In this document: positions 9,603-18,829 of the stretch, piece after piece | Layout: every line of letters starts with the position of its first letter | Position numbering within the stretch: position 1 is the first letter of the stretch | DNA from: Ruminococcus sp. | GTDB lineage: Bacteria; Bacillota; Clostridia; Oscillospirales; Ruminococcaceae | DNA length: 64,000 nucleotides | Assembly: GCA_031262625.1 (NCBI GenBank) | Contig: JAISHJ010000007.1 | Location: 516-64,515 of the forward strand | Direction of reading: 5' to 3' | Program-made: the position numbers and the translations under genes | Notes under the pieces: generated by a model | Database searches by the model: none | Seen by the model: only the letters and a program-made list of their open reading frames with translations | Told to the model about the DNA's origin: nothing

Positions 9603-11552
9603 ATGGAACAAGAACGTAAGAACAAACGCAAAGACAGGATTAAAAATGCGGCTATCATTTTTTTGATAGTTATGCTCGTGCTGACACTTTTTTCAAACAC
9701 AATATTAAACTTCTCGCTTCCGCAGGTTGCAGTGGTTATGCCGGGCTATGCTTCGATTTCGGAGCAGATTCGCGGCTCGGGAACTATAGAAGCGGCGGCA
9801 ACTACCGACGTAAAGATTAACGAAGCGCGTACTATCGGTGCGATTATGGTAAGTGTCGGCGATACCGTTACCGAAGGTCAAACCCTCTTTACCTTTTCGG
9901 ACGACAATGAAAGCCGTCTGGAAGAATTGCAAGTTGCCTACGATAAGGTAAAGAATGAATATGATAAAATGCTTTTGGGAACAGGGAAGGATTATTCCCT
10001 TGACGAACTTGAGATAAAGAAGCTTGAAGACCAGCTTGCAGAACAAAAGGAAGCACTTTCAGATCTTCCGCGATTTGGAGCGGCATATGAAGCGGCTAAG
10101 GAAGCAAGAGAGACGGCTGAGGAGACTCAGGCGAAGCTTGAGCGCGACAAAACCGATATAGACGGAATTATAACCGACCTTGCGGGCGGAAATTATGACT
10201 TTTTAGATGAAAACTACTCAAAACAGATTGAGGAAATTCAAAATAAAATTGATACATTAACCCAAAGCAAAGCGGATTCCGATGAGCGTGTAGCTGACCT
10301 TGAGAGTAAGATTGCCGAAACCGGAGACGTTGATCTTTCGTCATACCGTCAGGCACTTGACGCCGCTATTCAGGCAGTTTATGATAAACAGGATGAGATA
10401 ACCCAAGCACTGCTTGAGTCGGAAAATGCAGACGGTACGGCGGCAATAACTGCCGGTGACAGACTTATTCAGCTTTACGCGGAACTTGCCGACCTTCAGG
10501 CAAAGCAAACTATTGCAGAGGGTGCTTATAACGCAGCATCTTCAAAAATTTCTACAGCAACCGGCTATAAAAACAGACTTACTTCCGAAAACGGATACCG
10601 TAAAAATCTCGCCCGTCAGATTGAGAGTGAGAATAAAAAACTTTCCGATCTGAGGATAAAGATTAATCGTGAGTATCGTGCAAAGTCAAAAGATCTTGCC
10701 GATAAAATCGCCGAATTGAAAAAAAGCGTAACCGACCTTACCTCAGCAGAAACGGAAGCGAAAGAAGATATTCCGGGTACGGAAAGCGAAATGTCTGTTA
10801 AGGTAAGAGATCTTGAGTATCAAGTTGAAACCGCAAAACTTACCCTCGCGGCAAAGCAGGAAACCGATGCGGCGGCGGCAGGACAGTCTGCGGTTGACTT
10901 AAAGGCTAAAAAGGATGAAGTTGACAGAGCGAAAGCTAAGCTTGACGAAGCGACAGAGTCTAAAACAGGCGGAGAAATAAAGGCAACGACAGCAGGAGTA
11001 ATAACAACAATTTCCGCTGTTTCGGGGCAGACAACCTCGGCAGGAGATACCCTTTGCAGTATCGCCTTAGTTGACAACGGCTACCAGCTTAAATTCTCCG
11101 TTTCAAACGACCAAGCACGGAGGGTAGCTATCGGCGTATCGGCAGAGGTAATGTACTATTGGTACGGCGATGCTTCCGCTAAACTTGCGAAGATAACAAA
11201 CGACCCTTCCGACCCGAGCAATAAAAAACTTCTTACTTTCACAATTACAGGCGACGTAAGCTTAGGAAACAGCTTACAGCTATCGGTAGGGGAGCGTTCA
11301 GCAGATTACAGTTCTGTTATACCTTCCTCCGCAATCCGCGAGGATAATAACGGTAAATTCGTCCTTGCCTGCGTTTCAAAGAACACGCCTTTCGGAAGCC
11401 GCTATACGGCGGAGCGTATTCCCGTAAATGTTGTTGCTACAAACGGACAGTCTTCTGCAATTGACGGCTCAATTGAAAACGGAGTATGGGTAATTACTAC
11501 TTCAACAAAGCCCATAGCTGCCGGTACACAGGTTAGGTTACAAAATAGCTAA
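9603..11552 (+). CDS. HlyD-family membrane-fusion (periplasmic adaptor-like) protein with very long coiled coil
   Basis: An N-terminal TM is followed by a lipoyl-like hairpin (VGDTVTEGQTLFTF ... AGDTLCSIA). Roughly 350 aa of heptad-rich E/K/A/L sequence lies between the hairpin halves, and a beta-barrel-like C-terminus follows. The start is 4 nt after the permease stop. Confidence 0.7.
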   Translation: MEQERKNKRKDRIKNAAIIFLIVMLVLTLFSNTILNFSLPQVAVVMPGYASISEQIRGSGTIEAAATTDVKINEARTIGAIMVSVGDTVTEGQTLFTFSDDNESRLEELQVAYDKVKNEYDKMLLGTGKDYSLDELEIKKLEDQLAEQKEALSDLPRFGAAYEAAKEARETAEETQAKLERDKTDIDGIITDLAGGNYDFLDENYSKQIEEIQNKIDTLTQSKADSDERVADLESKIAETGDVDLSSYRQALDAAIQAVYDKQDEITQALLESENADGTAAITAGDRLIQLYAELADLQAKQTIAEGAYNAASSKISTATGYKNRLTSENGYRKNLARQIESENKKLSDLRIKINREYRAKSKDLADKIAELKKSVTDLTSAETEAKEDIPGTESEMSVKVRDLEYQVETAKLTLAAKQETDAAAAGQSAVDLKAKKDEVDRAKAKLDEATESKTGGEIKATTAGVITTISAVSGQTTSAGDTLCSIALVDNGYQLKFSVSNDQARRVAIGVSAEVMYYWYGDASAKLAKITNDPSDPSNKKLLTFTITGDVSLGNSLQLSVGERSADYSSVIPSSAIREDNNGKFVLACVSKNTPFGSRYTAERIPVNVVATNGQSSAIDGSIENGVWVITTSTKPIAAGTQVRLQNS

Positions 11553-11590
11553 AATATCATAATTAAAATCGCAAAAACATTTGGTAATAT

Positions 11591-12670
11591 ATGAAAAAAG
11601 CAGTCCTGATTATTAACATAGCGGCGTTTGCGGTGATAATCGCTTTGACGATAACTCTGCTCGTCCGAAGCAGTATGCTTCCGGAGCAGGAGGCGTACAA
11701 ACGCTGGTCTGAAAACAACAGCAAGCCCTTTTCGCTTTCCGATATATTTAGTAAGGCCAAGGGAATAGCCGCCGTACCTTCCGCGCAGATTTCGGTGTTT
11801 TATAAGAGCGGAATTTCCCTTGATAATTGTTATCAGATGACCTTCGACCTTGGAGAAAAGACGGAAACTTACGCGAAAAATATCGGCGGAGATGCAGTCG
11901 CAAGCGCTTTTTGCACCGCTCCCGCCAAACTCCCATTTACCGCAAAATCGGATATAGGCGAAAAATCCGCGAATCTTGAAAGCTATTTTGTCGGCGGAGA
12001 TTTTCTCCTTTTCCACCCTTACGAAATTTTAAGCGGTACATTTTTAAGTGATGATACAATCATGCACGACAACGCCGTTATAGACGAAAACGCCGCTTGG
12101 CAGCTTTTCGGCAGTAATGATGTTGTGGGAGAATACATATTCTCAAACACAACCGCTATACATATAAGCGGAGTCGTTAAGATACCGAACGCAGAAACGG
12201 GATATATATTCCTTGATAAAGAACTTTGCGCGACTATAACAGGGATACCGGCGCAGTTTAACTGCTTTGAAACGATAATGCCGAACCCCGTTACCGGCTC
12301 GGGGCTTACTGTAATTAAGGAAATGCTCGGAATAACGGACGGGAATACCTCCCCCGATAAATCTTCAAAGGTTGTCGAAAACAGTTCCCGCACGACTCTG
12401 CCCGCACTCTTTGATATTTTGGAAAACATTCCTGAAATTTCGGTGCGGGATGATGCGATAATCCTGCCTGCTTGGGAAAACAGAGCGCGTGAGCGTGATA
12501 CAGGCTCTGCACTGATACTCTTTTTCCTCTGTGTTGTGGTAGGAATAGTCCTGATAACAGATATACTCCCCTTAATTTGGTTAATACGTTTAATTAAGAA
12601 ATCAATTAAGCGTATCTATGAAAAGATAGTAACTCCCTCCGGGAGAAAGATAAAAGGAGAAAATGAATGA
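11591..12670 (+). CDS. MacB-periplasmic-core-domain-like membrane protein lacking an FtsX permease domain
   Basis: An N-terminal TM is followed by an extracytoplasmic domain containing NAVIDENAAWQLFGSNDVVGEYIF, typical of the MacB/FtsX-type extracellular domain. There is only one further TM at the C-terminus. Its stop overlaps the next start (ATGA). Confidence 0.5.
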   Translation: MKKAVLIINIAAFAVIIALTITLLVRSSMLPEQEAYKRWSENNSKPFSLSDIFSKAKGIAAVPSAQISVFYKSGISLDNCYQMTFDLGEKTETYAKNIGGDAVASAFCTAPAKLPFTAKSDIGEKSANLESYFVGGDFLLFHPYEILSGTFLSDDTIMHDNAVIDENAAWQLFGSNDVVGEYIFSNTTAIHISGVVKIPNAETGYIFLDKELCATITGIPAQFNCFETIMPNPVTGSGLTVIKEMLGITDGNTSPDKSSKVVENSSRTTLPALFDILENIPEISVRDDAIILPAWENRARERDTGSALILFFLCVVVGIVLITDILPLIWLIRLIKKSIKRIYEKIVTPSGRKIKGENE

Positions 12671-15222
12671 ACCCCAAAAAGATAATTGCAGTTTTAAGCG
12701 CAGCTTTATTGTCATGCGGAATTCTTTCCGGCTGTAAGAAAGAAGCGCCCGAAGCACCTAAAGAACATATCTTTGAATCAAAAGTAATACTCCAGAGCAA
12801 CGAAGATTTTGAAAATATCGCAAACGTTGTGTGGGACGGCACAAATATCTATTTTTACGCTTCAAAATGGGAGTCGGTCGAAGTACCCGCCGGGGAGACA
12901 GATCCCATGCCGATTGCACCGCTCGCCGTCGAAACGGCTGTTTCGACAGCGGAAGAAGAACCGGCAGATGATTCATTGGAATCTGAAGAAACTGCCGAAA
13001 CAGAAGAAGCTGCCGACGACGTTGTTTTAGAAGAAGAGCCGGAAGCAGAAATAGCGGTCACTGCCGATAACGGTGATGGTTATGTAATTTACAACGACGA
13101 AGCCGCCGCGGTGCAGTATGTAAGCACTTCCTACAGCTATATCGTAAAAGCCGATATGGACGGTAATATCTTGAATAAAAAGCTTCTTTTCACAAGCAAT
13201 GACTCAGAATCTTACGTAAGCTATAATATTCTCTCCTTATCGCCGGACGGAAAGCTTTACGGTTCAAAACAGTCGAGCAAATACGGTACAGATGCAGACG
13301 GTAACTTTTTCAGCGAAGATAAAAGCGAAATAGTAAGCTACGACAGCGAACTTAACGAAACGGTTATTTTTAACGTAAGTGATGCCCTTAAAAAGGTTAT
13401 ACCGGACGAAAATTATTATTTTTACATGAATAATTATCTTATCGGTAATGACTCGAATTTCTATATTAATACAGGCGATGGGGTTTACGTAATTGACCCT
13501 GTTACACTTGACATTAAATTTAACTACACGATTGACCAGAGTAATAATCAAGGTTCGGAAAGTTCCTATATCCGCGATATATGTAAAATGCCGGACGGTA
13601 CAATCGGCGTAATCTTAACCACATCTAAAATTGTTGATAATGAGTATACAAACTCCGTTACCGTATCGAAGGTTAACCTTGCTACAGGGAAACTTGATGC
13701 GGCACAGAATTTCCCTATAGCTTATAACGCAGTTCCCGGTGTGGGGGATTATTCCTTCTTTACCGCAGACCAAGTAGCTGTCTACGGTTATGATAAGGAA
13801 CTTTCCGGCAGAACGCTCATAATTGACCTCCTCGCATCACCTATCGGAGATATTTCAATAAATACCGTTCTTCCCGTAACGGCGGAGGAATTCATAGTCA
13901 CAGCCTACAGCAATTCAGACGGTACAAGCGGAGTTTACCTCTTTAGCAAAGTAGACCCGGCAACTATCGTCGAAAAGAAACTTATTAAAGTCGCGGCTCT
14001 TTATGAAGATTACCGTCTGGTTCAGTATATCCGCAGTTTTAACAAGACAAGCGCGGAATACCAGGTGCAGTTTGTGGACTATTCCACCGACCCTAACTCC
14101 AACAATGACCAAAACCTCACCATATTTAATAACGACATTATAAGCGGAAATATCCCCGACATAATACTTATGGACAGCGCAATGCCTTACGACAGCTACG
14201 CCGCAAAAGGCTTGCTTATGGACATCATGCCGCGGCTTAAGGAAGATACGGAACTTACCCTTGATATGCTTGTTCCGTCGATTATAGATGCAATTGCTAT
14301 AGACGGCAAGCTATACAGTATCTCACCCACATTCAACGTAATGACACTTGTGGGTAAAACTTCAATCTTCGGCGACAAGCCCGGGCAATCTATTGCAGAA
14401 CTTCAAAGCAAAGCCGATAGTATCCCCGGTGCACAGCTTTTTGACCCCACTACCGTACGCAGTGACTTTATGCAGAATTTTGTTTATAATATAGCCGGAA
14501 ACTATATCGACAAAGCAACCGGCGAGTGCTACTTTAACACACCCGAGTTTATTTCTCTCCTTAACCTTGCAAAGAGTTTCCCCGAAGAATTCAACTACGA
14601 CGATTACGACTGGATGGCGGCACAGGATTCATTTAAGAATGACAAAACGCTCTTAAACTTCATGTATATGTATAATTTCAGAAGTATCGTTGAAAGCGAA
14701 CTCGTAACCTTCGGTGAACCTGTTACTTTCCTCGGCTATCCCGGAAATAACGGCAGTACCGGCTTAACCGCAACGCTTTCGGAAGAGCTTGCGATTATGG
14801 CGAAGGCGAAAAATCCCGACGGCGCTTGGGAATTCGTGAAAGGTTACGTAACCTATAAAGACCCGAACGAACAAGGCGAAGGGAACACATACTCGATTTT
14901 ACAGTCAAAGCTTGACGCTATGGCGGCGGAAGCCTTAGAACGCCCCTTCTATATTGACTACGAAACAAAGGAAAAAATATACTATGACAACACGTACTAT
15001 ATTAACAATCAAGAAGTAAAGATGCCGAATAATACCCCCGAAGACAACGCGAAAATAATGGCGATGATTAACAATATATCATCTATTCAGCGTTCCGAAA
15101 ACGAGCTTAAAGCGATTATAGAAGATGACGTAACTTCATTCTTCTCCGGGCAAAAATCAGCAGAAGAAACTGCCGAAATTATCCAAAACCGCGCATCAAC
15201 TTATGTAGCGGAATCCAGATAA
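12667..15222 (+). CDS. Large lipoprotein: N-terminal ~430-aa uncharacterised domain fused to a family-1 extracellular solute-binding domain
   Basis: The lipobox is LLSCGILSGC. An acidic linker is followed by repeated xDGxxxG-type segments (DMDGNIL, SPDGKLYGS, DADGNFF, MPDGTIGV, NSDGTSGV). From about residue 440 it looks like a sugar SBP (KVAALYEDYRLVQYIRSFNK..., IPDIILMDS, GYPGNNGS). Confidence 0.65.
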   Translation: MNPKKIIAVLSAALLSCGILSGCKKEAPEAPKEHIFESKVILQSNEDFENIANVVWDGTNIYFYASKWESVEVPAGETDPMPIAPLAVETAVSTAEEEPADDSLESEETAETEEAADDVVLEEEPEAEIAVTADNGDGYVIYNDEAAAVQYVSTSYSYIVKADMDGNILNKKLLFTSNDSESYVSYNILSLSPDGKLYGSKQSSKYGTDADGNFFSEDKSEIVSYDSELNETVIFNVSDALKKVIPDENYYFYMNNYLIGNDSNFYINTGDGVYVIDPVTLDIKFNYTIDQSNNQGSESSYIRDICKMPDGTIGVILTTSKIVDNEYTNSVTVSKVNLATGKLDAAQNFPIAYNAVPGVGDYSFFTADQVAVYGYDKELSGRTLIIDLLASPIGDISINTVLPVTAEEFIVTAYSNSDGTSGVYLFSKVDPATIVEKKLIKVAALYEDYRLVQYIRSFNKTSAEYQVQFVDYSTDPNSNNDQNLTIFNNDIISGNIPDIILMDSAMPYDSYAAKGLLMDIMPRLKEDTELTLDMLVPSIIDAIAIDGKLYSISPTFNVMTLVGKTSIFGDKPGQSIAELQSKADSIPGAQLFDPTTVRSDFMQNFVYNIAGNYIDKATGECYFNTPEFISLLNLAKSFPEEFNYDDYDWMAAQDSFKNDKTLLNFMYMYNFRSIVESELVTFGEPVTFLGYPGNNGSTGLTATLSEELAIMAKAKNPDGAWEFVKGYVTYKDPNEQGEGNTYSILQSKLDAMAAEALERPFYIDYETKEKIYYDNTYYINNQEVKMPNNTPEDNAKIMAMINNISSIQRSENELKAIIEDDVTSFFSGQKSAEETAEIIQNRASTYVAESR

Positions 15223-15230
15223 TATTCAAA

Positions 15231-15260
15231 CTGCATCCGAAATTCGGGTGCAGTTTTTTT
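15231..15260 (+). terminator. Rho-independent terminator of the permease-HlyD-SBP operon
   Basis: The hairpin is CTGCATCCGAAATTCGGGTGCAG (10-bp stem, 3-nt loop), followed by TTTTTTT. Confidence 0.85.
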
Positions 15261-15356
15261 GAGTTAAATTTAACTTGACAATCGACTGAAAATGACTTAT
15301 AATATTATTATCGGCTTTAATGAACATAATAATCTTAAAATTTTCGGAGGAAAATA

Positions 15357-17033
15357 ATGAAGCTTAGGAAAATCGCGGCTTTTATTATCGCAGGCGCATT
15401 ATTATGTATGAGCGCAGTACCTATATTTGCAGCGGAAGAACCTGACGTAGTAATCTACTATACCAACGACATTCACGGCTATTTTGAGGGCGTTGAAGGA
15501 AATATCGGACATGATAGAATTGCCGGAATTTATGAAACAACTAAGGAAGAAAATATCAATACTTACCTTATTTCTGCCGGAGACATGATACAGGGAACGT
15601 ATTTTGTAAATAATAACCGCGGCGAAGCGGCAATGGACATAATGTCAGCGGCAGGATATCAGGCGATGACCCTCGGCAATCACGAATTTGATTTCGGAAC
15701 AGACAGGATTTTGGAACTTCGCTCCATGTTTGATAATCCGGCGTTTATGACACAAGCGGGTTTCGGCGGTATACACTGGGCAGCACCTGTAATTTTTGAA
15801 ACAGATGATTATACAGTCGGATTTTTCGGCATAACTTCACCCGATACACAGGAGTCTTCAAACGGCGGACGTGATATTGATTTCGGAACAAAAGAAAGCC
15901 TTGTAACATATGCTAACGATACCGCATCATCTCTTAAAGCAGATGGCGTTGACCTTGTAATCTGTGTAGCACATATGGGCGTATTGGATGAAGGTTTCGG
16001 AACAATTTATGACCTCCGCGATGCTACAAGCGGCATTGATCTCTTTATCGACGGACATTCCCACACACAGCTTTCCGATATAACGGAGGAAGACGGTAAG
16101 CCGTTAATCGTTTCTGCCGGCGAATACGGGCAGGAACTCGGCAAAGTTACATTCACCCCAGATGAGAACGGCGGCTTCAAAGCGGCGGCAGTAAGTATCA
16201 CTCCCGAAGAAGCATATGCAACAGAACTTTCGGAGGGCGGTAAGGCTAAAGAAGCTGAAGTTAAAGCTGTAATTGATAAATGGGCAGCTGTTGCTGATGA
16301 AAAGGGTAACGAAGTTATTGCAGTTAACGAAACCGAACTGAAATTCGACCGCCCGACACTTCGTACAAGTGAATCTGCTCTCGGCGATTTTACAGCCGAC
16401 GCAATAAGAGCGGTTTCCGGCGCAGATATAGGCTTAATGAACGGCGGCTCAATTAAGGGAGACCTTCATGCGGGCGATATAACTGTTGCGGATATAAATA
16501 CAATTCTTCCTTATATTAACTATATTGTTATGGCAGAGGTTGACGGTAAAACGCTCCGTGCAACCCTCGAACATTCCGTTTCGGAATATCCTGTTGAGAC
16601 AGGCGGCTTTTTACAGATTTCGGGAGCGGCGTTTACCTTTAATCCTTCTGCAAAACCCGGCAGCAGAGTAATAGATATTACTGTCGGCGGCACTCCTCTT
16701 GACGATAATGCGATTTATACGGTTGCTACAAACGATTGGATATCGGGCGGCGGCGACGGTTACGCTGTTTTAGTACCGAGTTTTGATAAAACACTCCCTC
16801 TCGCACATCCCGAAACAACAACACTAACCGAAGCGGTTGCGTGGTATATAGGAACTAATCCCGAAATTCCGAGCGGAACCGGGCGTATAGATATGGTTAC
16901 GAATGATTCGACGTCAGAAGACATTTCGGCTCCGGCAACCTCCGCTCCCGCAACCGGGAATACTCCGCTTTATGTTATGGCAGCTGTTGCTATATTAGCC
17001 CTCGGCGGCGCGGTAGTTTCCCGTAAGAAATAA
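15357..17033 (+). CDS. Secreted bifunctional metallophosphatase/5'-nucleotidase family protein with C-terminal anchor
   Basis: A signal peptide is followed by metallophosphatase motifs (YTNDIHG, SAGDMIQG, LGNHEFD, VAHMG, GHSH) and a 5'-nucleotidase C-terminal domain. The tail is APATGNTPLYVMAAVAILALGGAVVSRKK. A TTGACA-N17-TATAAT promoter lies at about 15277-15305. Confidence 0.85.
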   Translation: MKLRKIAAFIIAGALLCMSAVPIFAAEEPDVVIYYTNDIHGYFEGVEGNIGHDRIAGIYETTKEENINTYLISAGDMIQGTYFVNNNRGEAAMDIMSAAGYQAMTLGNHEFDFGTDRILELRSMFDNPAFMTQAGFGGIHWAAPVIFETDDYTVGFFGITSPDTQESSNGGRDIDFGTKESLVTYANDTASSLKADGVDLVICVAHMGVLDEGFGTIYDLRDATSGIDLFIDGHSHTQLSDITEEDGKPLIVSAGEYGQELGKVTFTPDENGGFKAAAVSITPEEAYATELSEGGKAKEAEVKAVIDKWAAVADEKGNEVIAVNETELKFDRPTLRTSESALGDFTADAIRAVSGADIGLMNGGSIKGDLHAGDITVADINTILPYINYIVMAEVDGKTLRATLEHSVSEYPVETGGFLQISGAAFTFNPSAKPGSRVIDITVGGTPLDDNAIYTVATNDWISGGGDGYAVLVPSFDKTLPLAHPETTTLTEAVAWYIGTNPEIPSGTGRIDMVTNDSTSEDISAPATSAPATGNTPLYVMAAVAILALGGAVVSRKK

Positions 17034-17078
17034 GCTGTTTTACGAATCCCCGAACCTACTACTATGTTGATAAAAAAC

Positions 17079-17107
17079 AAACCGATTACGTTTTTCGTAA
17101 TCGGTTT
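17079..17107 (-). terminator. Bidirectional hairpin terminator between the convergent 5'-nucleotidase and MBL genes
   Basis: The stem is ACCGATTACG-TTTTT-CGTAATCGGT, flanked by an A-run on one side. This gives a U-tract on the minus strand. Confidence 0.7.
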
Positions 17108-17124
17108 GCGTTATAAAGATTGCT

Positions 17125-17805
17125 CTATTTGAAAAGTATACCTGCGCCGCCGTAGCTGTAAAGCTTACATGGTGCGGGGAATTTAGGTTTACCGCCCGAA
17201 AGTTCACCGTTTTGGATTTTTATCGCACATTCAAGTTCCGCAGTTAAAGCAGCAGGCGGAAGTTCCGCTTTACCGTGACAGGCGTAAAAACCATATCCCG
17301 GGAAGCTTTCCGAAAGCCTCTTAAGGCTTGCTATATAGCTTTCGAGGTTTCGCCCCGCTCCGAACATATAGACATCGCTTTCGGAAACACTGTCGCCGGA
17401 AAAAATCATCTTGTTTTCATCATCAATGAAAGCAACATTTCCCGGTGTATGCCCGGGGAGAAGCATAACGCGCAGTTTGCGATTTCCGGCGGGTAAAATA
17501 TCGCCGTCCCAAAGCGGCTTCACAGTAAAATCATGCTTTCCGAGATGTTCGTACTCCGCAGGATGAATATAGACGGTATCACCCTTTCCGAAGCCGCCGA
17601 TATGGTCTCTGTCGGTGTGAGTAACAGTCATAGTTACTTCCGAATCGCCCGCTATTTCCGAGAGTTTTTCGTGAAAACTTTTCCCGCCCGTCATACAGGC
17701 GTCAATTAAGAGCGTCCCATTTTCACCATGCAAAAGAAAACAGCGTACGAAAGCTTCATCAATAGACCATAAGTCATCACAAAGTTTTGTAACTTTCAAG
17801 CACAT
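17125..17805 (-). CDS. MBL-fold metallo-hydrolase
   Basis: The motif THTDRDHIGG (HxHxDH variant) is followed downstream by LPGHTPG and a later H, which is the beta-lactamase-fold pattern. Confidence 0.75.
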   Translation of the reverse strand: MCLKVTKLCDDLWSIDEAFVRCFLLHGENGTLLIDACMTGGKSFHEKLSEIAGDSEVTMTVTHTDRDHIGGFGKGDTVYIHPAEYEHLGKHDFTVKPLWDGDILPAGNRKLRVMLLPGHTPGNVAFIDDENKMIFSGDSVSESDVYMFGAGRNLESYIASLKRLSESFPGYGFYACHGKAELPPAALTAELECAIKIQNGELSGGKPKFPAPCKLYSYGGAGILFK

Positions 17806-17810
17806 TTTAT

Positions 17811-18287
17811 CTACCTCACAAAATTTATTATTCTGCCGAGTATTGAATCATAGTTATAAACCATTGGTTCGGTATGGGGGAAATACATAATCATCCTTAT
17901 TATATAGAGAAGGACTGATATAACACAAAAAACTATGAGGAGTTTTTCAAAACGTTTTGCCGTCTCTTTACCGAAAATAAAAAGCGAAGAAAAATACACC
18001 CCGAAAATAATCACAGCCGGAATAACGAGAGGGTGATAGTGAAAACTTGCTAAAATATCACCGTGCATGAGCGCGAAAACTGCTCGTGTACCGCCGCAAC
18101 CCATACATGGTATACCGCTGACAGAACTGAAAATACAGCCTGTACCTAAAAAGTTTGAAGCAAAAATTATATAAATTAAGGCAAATACCAAAACTCCCCA
18201 ATAACTTTTTAACTGCTTGAGGAGATTTCGGAAGTTATTTATTATGTTTTTGTCGGAATGATTTTTATGATGAAAGACCGTTAACAT
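17811..18287 (-). CDS. DUF2752-like membrane protein
   Basis: The motif CMGCGGTRAVFALMHGD is followed by several TMs, which is characteristic of DUF2752. Confidence 0.6.
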   Translation of the reverse strand: MLTVFHHKNHSDKNIINNFRNLLKQLKSYWGVLVFALIYIIFASNFLGTGCIFSSVSGIPCMGCGGTRAVFALMHGDILASFHYHPLVIPAVIIFGVYFSSLFIFGKETAKRFEKLLIVFCVISVLLYIIRMIMYFPHTEPMVYNYDSILGRIINFVR

Positions 18288-18636
18288 TATTTATGTAGTC
18301 CTGAACCTGATACATACTGATGTAGATACCGATTCCGCCGATAAAATGGAAGATAAGCCATAAAGCGAAATTGCTTGAATAGGGGACAGCCTGAGGGTTT
18401 TGGGAACCGCGTACACCGGAGATGTACTGCAACGCTTTGTCCCATTTGTACCAATAATACCAAAGCGGAATTGCGCAGAACCACCCGAATATTATTATAC
18501 CGCCGCTTACTTCTTCTGTGTTGCCGGAAAGGCGCTTAATCTCCTCGTTGGTGACGTACGACCAGTACATATAGTAGATATTACAGGTAACGATTGATAG
18601 AAGTATGCATATAGCAGGGCTTCTGTATGTAGGCAC
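18265..18636 (-). CDS. DUF4234-like small membrane protein
   Basis: The product contains LLSIVTCNIYYMYWSYVTNEEIKRL ... WYYWYKW, typical of DUF4234. It overlaps the downstream gene by 23 nt. Confidence 0.55.
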   Translation of the reverse strand: MPTYRSPAICILLSIVTCNIYYMYWSYVTNEEIKRLSGNTEEVSGGIIIFGWFCAIPLWYYWYKWDKALQYISGVRGSQNPQAVPYSSNFALWLIFHFIGGIGIYISMYQVQDYINNVNGLSS

Positions 18637-18829
18637 GCTGATCCCTCCGAAACTATAATATGCTTAATTTTATCATATTACCGCGAAAAATGCAATATAA
18701 AAAATAACTAAAAATGCCGAGATAAAAACGTCAGATTTACTAATATAATAATTTATTCGTAAAATGAAAAAAAATACCTACGTAAATTGTATATATATCA
18801 GAAACTCAGAAACGAGGTTTTATAAATAC

